The notes under the pieces: generated by a model
The model's database searches: none
The model's input: the letters and a program-made list of their open reading frames with translations, nothing else
What the model was told of the DNA's origin: nothing
Made by a program: the position numbers and the translations under genes
In this document: positions 9,555 to 17,414 of the stretch, in pieces
Position numbering within the stretch: the first letter of the stretch is position 1
Layout: every line of letters starts with the position of its first letter
DNA from: an uncultured Ruminococcus sp.
GTDB taxonomy: Bacteria > Bacillota > Clostridia > Oscillospirales > CAG-272
Reading direction: 5' to 3'
NCBI GenBank assembly: GCA_964630695.1
Contig: CAZVYZ010000003.1
Location: 2,804 to 66,803 of the forward strand
Length of the DNA stretch: 64,000 bases

Positions 9555-10613
9555 TTATTCGGTTTCCTTTCCGTGTTTCTCGGTCCTGCGCAGAGCGCGG
9601 AACCGCTCCCCCGCTTTTTCGCGGTCGTTCTTTTCTTTCCGTATCATCTCGCGGTCGTAACGCTCGTATGCCTGAATAATCTTCTGTACCAACCTGTGAC
9701 GCACCACGTCGCGCTCGGTAAAATAATGAATTCCGATGTCCTCAATCCCCGCAAGGATTTTCACCGCCGCCGCAAGCCCGCTCTTCTGACCTCTCGGCAG
9801 GTCGGTCTGGGTCAGGTCGCCCGTTACCACCACCTTGGAGTTGAAACCGAGGCGCGTCAGGAACATCTTCATCTGCTCGGGCGTGGCGTTCTGCGCCTCG
9901 TCCAGAATGATGAACGAATCGTCAAGCGTCCGCCCTCTCATGTAGGCAAGCGGCGCAATTTCAATCACCCCTTTTTCCACCTGCTTTTGGTAGTTCTCCA
10001 CGCCCATCATTTCGTAAAGTGCGTCATAAAGCGGACGCAGATAAGGGTCAATCTTGCTTTGCAGGTCACCGGGGAGAAACCCGAGTTTCTCACCGGCTTC
10101 AATGGCGGGACGCGTCAGAATCACGCGGCTGACCTGCTTCTCCCGCAGTGCCTTGACCGCCATGGCAACCGCGAGAAAGGTTTTTCCGGTTCCCGCAGGT
10201 CCCACGCCGAGAACAATCGTATTTTTGCGGATGCTCTCAACATACTGCTTCTGCCCGACGGTCTTTGCCTTGATTGGCTTTCCCTTGGCAGTCACGCAGA
10301 TGCAGGCATCCCCCAAAGCCTCCAGTTCCGCGCCCTGTCCCGCCGTCACCATGTCGATGGCGTATTGCACCGACTGTTCCGACAGTTCATCGGTCTTGGA
10401 GCAGAGTTCATGGAGATAGGAAACGCACTGCGCGGCGGCGTTGACCGCCTCGGCATTCTCCCCCTCGATTACGATTGAATCTCCGCCGTCCCCCGCGCGG
10501 TTCCGCACCGTCACGCCGAACTGTGCTTCAATCATGGCGGCGTTTCGGTCAAAACTCCCGAAAATTTTGGCGGTCGCGTCGGGATGTTCCATTTTCATGA
10601 TTCTACGGTTCAT
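9555..10613 (-). CDS. phoH: PhoH-family ATPase
   Basis: Walker A GPAGTGKTFLA, DEAQN box and an N-terminal KH-like region. Confidence 0.9.
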   Translation of the reverse strand: MNRRIMKMEHPDATAKIFGSFDRNAAMIEAQFGVTVRNRAGDGGDSIVIEGENAEAVNAAAQCVSYLHELCSKTDELSEQSVQYAIDMVTAGQGAELEALGDACICVTAKGKPIKAKTVGQKQYVESIRKNTIVLGVGPAGTGKTFLAVAMAVKALREKQVSRVILTRPAIEAGEKLGFLPGDLQSKIDPYLRPLYDALYEMMGVENYQKQVEKGVIEIAPLAYMRGRTLDDSFIILDEAQNATPEQMKMFLTRLGFNSKVVVTGDLTQTDLPRGQKSGLAAAVKILAGIEDIGIHYFTERDVVRHRLVQKIIQAYERYDREMIRKEKNDREKAGERFRALRRTEKHGKETE

Positions 10614-10632
10614 TTGATTCCTCTCAATGCGG

Positions 10633-11799
10633 TTAATCTGTCACATCAAACTCGACCTGCTCTGCGATGTCCTCGATACAGGTCACCGTGCATTCCAGCA
10701 GGATGCCCGCATCGGTCAGCGTCATTTCGGTTTTGCAGGAAAGCAGTTGCGCGCTCTCCGACAGCCGTCGCAATTCCGCCTCCAGACGTTCATACGCCAA
10801 TGCCGTTGCTTCCTCGGGCGTTCTGGTTACCGTTTCCTCTCTCCAGAGTCTGCGCGTTTCGCGGCGCAGGGAAACCGGCAGGTTTTGCAGGAACCACAGG
10901 TCGGGATGTGTTACCGTTTCTATTATATCACAATCCACACTCCCATTTCCAGTGTTTTCTGAAATTTTTCCCGTAAAAGCAAAAAAATTCAGCCAAACAT
11001 CTCCTTTTTCGGTCGCATAACAGACCTTTTCGGTTTCGGAAAGCGGAATTTCCACGGTCAGCGTGTGTTCGGTCCGCGCCAGAACCCGTCCTGCGGCACG
11101 GGTGAACCGACATCCGATGTTCTCATGCTCGAAAATTCCGCTGACCAGAAGTTCGCCCCGCCGTACCGCCTGCCCTGCGCGGACCACCGCATTCCCGCGG
11201 AGGAGTTCCACCATTTCAATCTGTCCGTCCATTCTTGCTACCAAATCCGCCGGACGTTTCGGCGTCACGTCCTCCGGCTTCGCGTCCCGTTCCATGACCT
11301 GTACCTCGGCAACCGTTCCCTGCATCCGGACCGATACCCATGCAAGGCGGTCGGAAGTGAGAAGCACGCGGTTTTCCACCTCTCCCGCCGAAAAATCGGG
11401 GAGATAACTCCCCACGCCGAAACCGTTGTTTTTCAGTTCCTCCACAACCTCCGCCGCGCTCATCGTACTGTTTCCCGTCACCCGCACGTCCCAGACGAAC
11501 AGCCGCGAAACGAGCAGCAGAATCACCGCGCAGAGTCCGCCCATAACCAACCCCGGGCGGCGGAGCAGGCGAAGTAAAAGAGACGGCATCCCGCCCCGCC
11601 GCAAAACGGTAACGGGCAGTTTCCCCGCAACCTTTTTTGCCGTCCTTGCGGAGCAGAGCAGGCGGATGCCGCCGTCCGTCCCGGCAACGAGACGGGAAAA
11701 GGACAGGTCCTGCCGCAAAAACGAATCCATAAGCGGGGCTGCGTTTGCCGCGTCGACGGCAATCTCCGCGTAACCCGCGAGAAACAGAACCGGATTCAT
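10633..11799 (-). CDS. yqfD: Sporulation protein YqfD
   Basis: 388 aa with a single central TM. Sits in the conserved yqfC-yqfD-phoH order, with a 4-nt overlap with yqfC. Confidence 0.8.
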   Translation of the reverse strand: MNPVLFLAGYAEIAVDAANAAPLMDSFLRQDLSFSRLVAGTDGGIRLLCSARTAKKVAGKLPVTVLRRGGMPSLLLRLLRRPGLVMGGLCAVILLLVSRLFVWDVRVTGNSTMSAAEVVEELKNNGFGVGSYLPDFSAGEVENRVLLTSDRLAWVSVRMQGTVAEVQVMERDAKPEDVTPKRPADLVARMDGQIEMVELLRGNAVVRAGQAVRRGELLVSGIFEHENIGCRFTRAAGRVLARTEHTLTVEIPLSETEKVCYATEKGDVWLNFFAFTGKISENTGNGSVDCDIIETVTHPDLWFLQNLPVSLRRETRRLWREETVTRTPEEATALAYERLEAELRRLSESAQLLSCKTEMTLTDAGILLECTVTCIEDIAEQVEFDVTD

Positions 11800-12083
11800 T
11801 CGCGCACCTCCTCCCCGTCCTCAAACGTAACCGACAGAATCGTTCCCGTCAGGGTTGCGCATCCGCAGGAAAACGATACGCACACAAGGTCCCTGCCCCT
11901 GACCGCGAGAACCGCGTGCCGCCGTTTCAGACGGATGCAGGTCGCGGTGTAAGTCAGAATCCGACGGCATCCCTGCGCCGTCACGCGCTCCCGCCCCCAG
12001 ACCGTCACGCTTTCGTGATACGGGAACACGCTCCGCAACTCTCCCGCACCCCGCACCCGTTTCTTTTCTTTTGCCATCTCCAT
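11796..12083 (-). CDS. yqfC: Sporulation protein YqfC (YabP family)
   Basis: 95 aa, beta-rich YabP-like sequence, directly upstream of yqfD. Confidence 0.75.
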   Translation of the reverse strand: MEMAKEKKRVRGAGELRSVFPYHESVTVWGRERVTAQGCRRILTYTATCIRLKRRHAVLAVRGRDLVCVSFSCGCATLTGTILSVTFEDGEEVRE

Positions 12084-12156
12084 CCTCCCGCCGCATAAAA
12101 TTCAGCATCGAAACATACGGTATACCACTCCATTCTATGCGTGGGAGGTCGCAACC

Positions 12157-13287
12157 ATGACAGACGTAACGTCGCATTCTCATACGGGGCATTTGCAGAC
12201 TCGCACCCCGGGACAACTCTGCTTCGGCTTCTTCGCCCTGTTCTGCCTGTTTCTGATTCTGCGCAATGCGGATATTGCCATCGAATATATGACTGCCGGA
12301 CTGCGGCTCTGTGCCGTTACCGTAGTCCCCTCGCTTTTCCCGTTTCTGGTCCTGTCCGAACTGATTGTTTCGGGCGGGATCGGGCGCCTGTTGCTTCGCC
12401 CGCTCTCGGGACCGCTCTCGGGGCTGTTCCGTCTGCCGCCCGACGGTTGCTGTGCAATCCTGCTCGGAATGTTCTGCGGGTTTCCCGTCGGCGCACGGGC
12501 GGCGGTGAATGCCTACGACCGCGGTACTCTGACCCGCGACGAGGCGGAACGCGTCATCTGCGCCTCCACCAATCCGTCCTCTGCCTTTCTTCTGAACGCG
12601 GTGGGCGTGTCACTCCACGGGAGCCGTCGGTTCGGTTCGGTCCTGCTGACGGTCACGCTCCTGTCCGCACTTCTGATTGGAATTCTGCTTGCACGGCTCC
12701 CGTCGCGAAAGGAGCGGGATGCAACGGTACCGAGCGCCGAGCCGATTGTCCGTCCCCCAAAAAGCGGCGCGCAGTTCTTTACCGACGCCATCCGTTCCGC
12801 CCTCACGGGAATGCTGACGGTTTGCGCCTACGTGGTCTTTTTCTCGGCATTCTGCGGGACCCTGACCGTGCTTGTAAACCGGCTCCGTCTGCCGGGCGCG
12901 GTCCGCGCCGCCGTCTTCTGCGTGTTTGAACTGTCGGGCGGTGTTTCGGTGGCATCCGCACTCAAACCGCCCCTCCTGTCCGCCGTCATGACCGCGTTTG
13001 CGGTGGGATGGTCGGGACTTTCGGTCCATTGTCAGGTCCTGTCGGTCTGCGACGGTCGCGGGTTCCGGATGCGACGGTATTTCCTCTGCAAGTTGTTGCA
13101 CGGCATTCTGACCGCCGCGGGATTCCTGCTTGCCCTGCGGCTCTCCCCCTCGCTCCTGATTCCGCCCGCACAGTCGACAGAGGCATTTGCACCCGCTTTT
13201 GCCGCCCCGGTTGTCACGGTGCTGTTTCTTGCCTGCCTCCCCTTGCTCTTTTTTCGGAAACGTCAATCCGACAAAACCGCAGACTGA
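12157..13287 (+). CDS. ylbJ: Sporulation integral membrane protein YlbJ (nucleoside-recognition Gate-domain family)
   Basis: Polytopic. N-terminal motif GLRLCAVTVVPSLFPFLVLSELIV is typical of YlbJ. Confidence 0.65.
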   Translation: MTDVTSHSHTGHLQTRTPGQLCFGFFALFCLFLILRNADIAIEYMTAGLRLCAVTVVPSLFPFLVLSELIVSGGIGRLLLRPLSGPLSGLFRLPPDGCCAILLGMFCGFPVGARAAVNAYDRGTLTRDEAERVICASTNPSSAFLLNAVGVSLHGSRRFGSVLLTVTLLSALLIGILLARLPSRKERDATVPSAEPIVRPPKSGAQFFTDAIRSALTGMLTVCAYVVFFSAFCGTLTVLVNRLRLPGAVRAAVFCVFELSGGVSVASALKPPLLSAVMTAFAVGWSGLSVHCQVLSVCDGRGFRMRRYFLCKLLHGILTAAGFLLALRLSPSLLIPPAQSTEAFAPAFAAPVVTVLFLACLPLLFFRKRQSDKTAD

Positions 13288-13325
13288 AAAAATGCCTTGG
13301 GGCTTGTTTACCCCAAGGCATTTTC
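13287..13325. terminator. Bidirectional terminator
   Basis: aaaatgccttgggg - cttgttta - ccccaaggcatttt. Overlaps the 3' end of the convergent minus-strand gene. Confidence 0.55.
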
Positions 13326-14213
13326 CGTATGTCGTACCGTTCGCACGGCTTCGGCAAGATGGGAAACGGTATCCGACGCAAGCATGGAAATCTCTCCCAT
13401 GTCCCGCGCCGCGTATTCGCCCGCAAGGCCGCACAGATACGCGCCGAACGCAACCGTCCGCACATCGGGCGGCAGGTAGCCGAGCAGTCCCGTTATCACG
13501 CCGGACAGGACGTCCCCGCTTCCCGCCGTTGCCATTCCCGGGCAGCCGCGGTCAACCGTCAGCACCGTCTCCCCATCCGTCACGACCGTTTCGGGACCCT
13601 TGAGCAGGGTCACCGCTCCCGTGCGCTTCGCAAACTCCCGCGCGGCAGAGAATCGGTCCGCTTCAATCTGCGGGACCGACAGACCGGTCAGGCGCGCGAA
13701 TTCCCCGTGGTGCGGGGTCAGAATCACACGACAGGACGCCGCGGGAAGATAATCAACGGGTCCCAACCCGGAGAGCGCCCACAAGCCGTCCGCATCGATG
13801 AGCAGTGAGCCGCTGTAATGCGCAAGAAGCCAATTCAGAATCCGCCGGTTCTCTTCGGTCCTGCCCCAGCCCATGCCGACCGCAACCGCGCGCTTTCCCG
13901 CCGTCAGTGCGGTCAGATAGTCCGCGTCAAACACCATATGTCCGTCCCCACGGTCGGGCGCCGGCGAAAGCGTGCTTTCCAGAAGATACGGTGCAACCGC
14001 CCCCGCCAAAGTCGCGGGGACCGCCAAGGTTGCCACGCCGCACCCCGCGCGCAGGGCGGACAGGCTGAGATTTGCCAGTTTTGCCGCGCCCGAATACTCC
14101 ATGCACCCGCCGAGAAGCGCGACGTAGCCGTAATCCCCTTTGTGCGTGTTCCGCTCGCGCGGCGGGAGAAGCGGGGCAAGTTCCGCCGCCGTGACCCGAT
14201 GCGCGCCGCTCAT
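13308..14213 (-). CDS. nnrD: ADP-dependent NAD(P)H-hydrate dehydratase (YjeF C-terminal family)
   Basis: HKGDYGYVALLGG and the GSGDVLSGVITGLL ribokinase-like motif. Confidence 0.85.
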   Translation of the reverse strand: MSGAHRVTAAELAPLLPPRERNTHKGDYGYVALLGGCMEYSGAAKLANLSLSALRAGCGVATLAVPATLAGAVAPYLLESTLSPAPDRGDGHMVFDADYLTALTAGKRAVAVGMGWGRTEENRRILNWLLAHYSGSLLIDADGLWALSGLGPVDYLPAASCRVILTPHHGEFARLTGLSVPQIEADRFSAAREFAKRTGAVTLLKGPETVVTDGETVLTVDRGCPGMATAGSGDVLSGVITGLLGYLPPDVRTVAFGAYLCGLAGEYAARDMGEISMLASDTVSHLAEAVRTVRHTENALG

Positions 14214-14635
14214 GTGCGGTCCTCCCCGCGCTTCATCGCGTCCGCGGAAAATCCGTGCGGCAACAGTTCCCCGAGCGTATAGCGCCGCGTCTCTCTGCCA
14301 TCCGACACGAGAATCGGAAAATCGGGTCCGCAGAATTCCGCCAGTGCCTGACGGCAGACCCCGCAGGGTGTGAAGAAACTGTCGGGCGTTTGTCCCTGCC
14401 TGCCGCCCACAACCGCAAGCGCCGCAAATTGCCGTTTTCCCGCACTGACGGCGGCAAACAGCGCACTCCGCTCGGCACAGCAGGTCACCGGATAGGAAGC
14501 GTTTTCTACATTACCACCGCTCCAAACCGTTCCGTCCGTGCATAAAAGCGCCGCGCCAACCGAAAAGCCGGAATAGGGCGCATAAGAATTTGAACGCGCG
14601 GCATCGGCAAGCCGCACCAATTCAGCGTCCGTCAT
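14210..14635 (-). CDS. cdd: Cytidine deaminase
   Basis: Zinc motifs CAERSALF and PCGVCRQ. Confidence 0.9.
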   Translation of the reverse strand: MTDAELVRLADAARSNSYAPYSGFSVGAALLCTDGTVWSGGNVENASYPVTCCAERSALFAAVSAGKRQFAALAVVGGRQGQTPDSFFTPCGVCRQALAEFCGPDFPILVSDGRETRRYTLGELLPHGFSADAMKRGEDRT

Positions 14636-15807
14636 ACCAAAACCTCCCCCGAAAAATCGGATGCGCCGAACGTCCCCTTGGCACCGAGCATTCCGAGAAC
14701 GCTTTCCGAAACGTCCGAGAAACCGTTCCGCACCCCGAGAGAGGCAGGACGGACCGAAGGTCCCGCAACCAGAAGCGGGACGTATTCTCGCGTGTGGTCG
14801 GTGCTGACATCGCTCGGGTCACAGCCGTGGTCGGCGGTCAGGAGCAGGACGTCATCCGCACGCATGGCGGACAGGAAACCCGAGAGCCACGAGTCAAAGC
14901 GATTCAGCGCCCCGGCATAACCGCGCGCGTCGTTGCGGTGTCCGTAAAGCATATCGAAATCCACCAGATTGACAAAGCAAAGTCCATGGAAATCGGTTTT
15001 TTCAAGTTCCGAGGTGACCGCCATCCCCTCGTCATTGCCGTGGGTGCGGTAGAATTTTGTAAAGCCGCGACCCGCGAAAATGTCGATAATCTTCCCGACC
15101 GACAGCACGTCATACCCCGCCGCTTTCAGCACGTCGGGCAGGACCGGAACCGGCGGTTCAAGCGAAAAATCGCGGCGGTCGGCGGAAACACGCGTGAAAT
15201 CCGAGGCGTTCGACCCGACAAACGGGCGCGCGATGACCCGCCCGACGGCATAGTCCCCTGTCAGCAACTCCCGCGCCTTGCGGCAGATTTCGTACAGTTC
15301 CTCGGGCGGGACCAAATCTTCATGCGCCGCAATCTGAAACACGCTGTCCGCCGAGGTGTAGACAATCAGTTTGCCCGTGCGCAGATGTTCCTCTCCGTAG
15401 TCGCGGATGACGTCGGTCCCCGAATACGGCAGGTTGCAGAGAACGCCTTTCCCCGTCAGTTCGGTGAAGCGGTTCAAAAGGTCCTGCGGGAAGCCGTGCG
15501 GAAAGGTCGTCATCGGGCGGGGCGAGACGTGACCCGCAATCTCCCAATGCCCGATGGTCGTGTCCTTTCCCGCGGAGCGTTCCCGCATTTTGCCGAACGC
15601 GGCGGCGGGAGACGGAACGGGACCGAGAAAAGACAAGCCGTCAATGTTGCCGATGCCGAGCCGCCCCAGGGTCGGAATGCGGAGCAACCCCGTATTGTGA
15701 ATACCGCGCAGGGTGTTCGCGCCGATGTCCCCGAACGCCGCCGCGTCAGGCGCTTCCCCCGCGCCGAGGCTGTCGAGGACAATCAGAAAGACCCGCTTTG
15801 CCGTCAT
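14632..15807 (-). CDS. deoB: Phosphopentomutase
   Basis: Starts MTAKRVFLIVLDSLGAGEAPDA; later DHGCDPS. I prefer the ATG at 15807, which makes an ATGA overlap with the deoC stop. The track ORF extends to 16041 inside deoC. Confidence 0.9.
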   Translation of the reverse strand: MTAKRVFLIVLDSLGAGEAPDAAAFGDIGANTLRGIHNTGLLRIPTLGRLGIGNIDGLSFLGPVPSPAAAFGKMRERSAGKDTTIGHWEIAGHVSPRPMTTFPHGFPQDLLNRFTELTGKGVLCNLPYSGTDVIRDYGEEHLRTGKLIVYTSADSVFQIAAHEDLVPPEELYEICRKARELLTGDYAVGRVIARPFVGSNASDFTRVSADRRDFSLEPPVPVLPDVLKAAGYDVLSVGKIIDIFAGRGFTKFYRTHGNDEGMAVTSELEKTDFHGLCFVNLVDFDMLYGHRNDARGYAGALNRFDSWLSGFLSAMRADDVLLLTADHGCDPSDVSTDHTREYVPLLVAGPSVRPASLGVRNGFSDVSESVLGMLGAKGTFGASDFSGEVLV

Positions 15808-16472
15808 GCCTGCGCCTCCTTTGCAAGACGGACCAGCGCACTGGTCCCCAGACGGTCCGCGCCGAGAGCGAGAAAATGCTCCGCGTCGGCAAAGGAGCGG
15901 ATGCCGCCCGCCGCCTTGATTTTGAGGTGCGAGGGGCAATGCTTGGCAAAGAGCGCGATGTCCTCCGGCGTTGCGCCCGCCGTGGAGAACCCCGTGGAGG
16001 TCTTGATATAGTCCGCGCCGCTGTCGCCGACAATGCCGCACATCCGAATCTTCTCCTGTTCGGTCAAAAGGCAGGTTTCGATGATGACTTTCAGAATTTT
16101 CCCCTCGCAGACCTCGCGGACCGCACGGATTTCACGCAGGACCGCCTCGTATTTGCGCGCGCGGAGAAGTCCGAGATTGATGACCATATCGATTTCATCC
16201 GCGCCGTTTTTCACCGCATCTGCGGTCTCAAAGACCTTTGCGGCAGTCGTGTTGTAGCCGTTCGGGAAACCGATGACCGTGCAGACGGGCAGTCTGCCGC
16301 CAAGGTAATCCGCCGCCGCGCGGACGTGGGCGGGCGGAATGCAGACCGACGCGGTGTGATAGGTCAGCCCATCGTCGCAAAGCGCACGGATGTCCTCCCA
16401 CGTTGCGCTCTGTTTGAGGTTCGTGTGGTCCACATGGGACAGAATGCTTGCAAGTTCCATTTCGGTTCTCAC
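15804..16472 (-). CDS. deoC: Deoxyribose-phosphate aldolase
   Basis: DeoC signature ...VCTVIGFPNG...KVIIETCLL...DYIKTSTGF. Confidence 0.9.
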   Translation of the reverse strand: MRTEMELASILSHVDHTNLKQSATWEDIRALCDDGLTYHTASVCIPPAHVRAAADYLGGRLPVCTVIGFPNGYNTTAAKVFETADAVKNGADEIDMVINLGLLRARKYEAVLREIRAVREVCEGKILKVIIETCLLTEQEKIRMCGIVGDSGADYIKTSTGFSTAGATPEDIALFAKHCPSHLKIKAAGGIRSFADAEHFLALGADRLGTSALVRLAKEAQA

Positions 16473-16501
16473 CGTTCCTTTCCTGTTGCGATTCTGCTTC
16501 T

Positions 16502-16530
16502 ATTATACCATGTTTCGGCGCGCGGCGCAA
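16502..16530 (-). promoter_or_regulatory. Sigma-A promoter of the deoC-deoB-cdd-nnrD operon
   Basis: Minus strand reads TTGCGC - 17 nt - TATAAT with extended -10 TGG. About 30 nt upstream of the deoC ATG. Confidence 0.5.
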
Positions 16531-16543
16531 GGGGTATTTCAGA

Positions 16544-16570
16544 AAAGAGCGCGGATTTTCCGCGCTCTTT
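16544..16570 (-). terminator. Terminator of the AT-rich island operon
   Basis: Perfect 11-bp GC-rich stem aaagagcgcgg / ccgcgctcttt with a 5-nt loop. Lies 28 nt past the stop of the 267-aa gene. The minus-strand tail is TCTG after the TTT in the stem. Confidence 0.55.
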
Positions 16571-16598
16571 CGAATCATAACATCGGATATATGGCTTT

Positions 16599-17402
16599 CT
16601 AAATAACATTCACACAGCCATTTACAAGGTTTGGTGAATCCTGAATTGGCTCTAATATTTTGAAAGTAATATGGTCTGTACACAGTATCTCCTGATTATT
16701 CTTATCAAATTGCCTTAAAACGAAGGAATATGTTCCATATGCAAGTCCTTGCACAGATAGGAATAAGTCGTTGGAATTTAATTCGCATTTTTTAAACATG
16801 GTCCAACTTTCCGGCTCCTGAACCGGTCCATATGGTCCGCCAACCGTTCTGTATTTATCGGGAATGTATAAAGTTATTTCGGTTCTCTCGCATTCCTTGC
16901 AACAAAGATTGAAATAAATGTTAACCAAATTTGTCCCTGTTGCAACTTTAATGTTTGCTGCTTTTTCTAAGGCTTCTTTCTTTTGCTGTGCGACGGCAGC
17001 ATAATATTTGTCCTTATCTGCCTCGACGTATGCTATTTTTAAAATATAGTCATCGGCTAAGCCGTTAAAAAAAGAAAATTTAATCTCATTGATTCTGTCC
17101 TCAAAATCGGCAACAATGCTATACATCCCCTGAACACACGGGACTTCCGTCCATTGCCCCTCTTTTGAAATAGAGATTCCGGAAAAAATTCGACAATCAA
17201 ATTCTTTCGGATTGATAACCAATGAATATTTCGTTTTGGTAATATCATCATCCTGATTGATGCAAAAAGAATCCGTTTGCTCATTAAATTTACCGCATTT
17301 CGCTATAGCATATTCTTTGCTTCGGTCCACAGGGTCAGTGCGGCAAAAGATGAATAAATCCGTAATGTGCCTCTTCAATATATATTTTTGATATTTATCC
17401 AC
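16599..17402 (-). CDS. Orphan 267-aa protein (island gene 2), no recognisable family
   Basis: AT-rich ORF with a GTG start at 17402. The AAGGAGGG SD lies 6 nt upstream and overlaps the TAA of the upstream gene. No TM or signal peptide. Two beta-rich halves joined by the helix AAVAQQKKEALEKAANIK. Confidence 0.75.
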   Translation of the reverse strand: MDKYQKYILKRHITDLFIFCRTDPVDRSKEYAIAKCGKFNEQTDSFCINQDDDITKTKYSLVINPKEFDCRIFSGISISKEGQWTEVPCVQGMYSIVADFEDRINEIKFSFFNGLADDYILKIAYVEADKDKYYAAVAQQKKEALEKAANIKVATGTNLVNIYFNLCCKECERTEITLYIPDKYRTVGGPYGPVQEPESWTMFKKCELNSNDLFLSVQGLAYGTYSFVLRQFDKNNQEILCTDHITFKILEPIQDSPNLVNGCVNVI

Positions 17403-17414
17403 TTTATTCCCTCC

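Noticed and set aside
14590-16011. 473-aa plus-strand ORF
   Set aside because: Antisense to deoB/deoC. An artefact.
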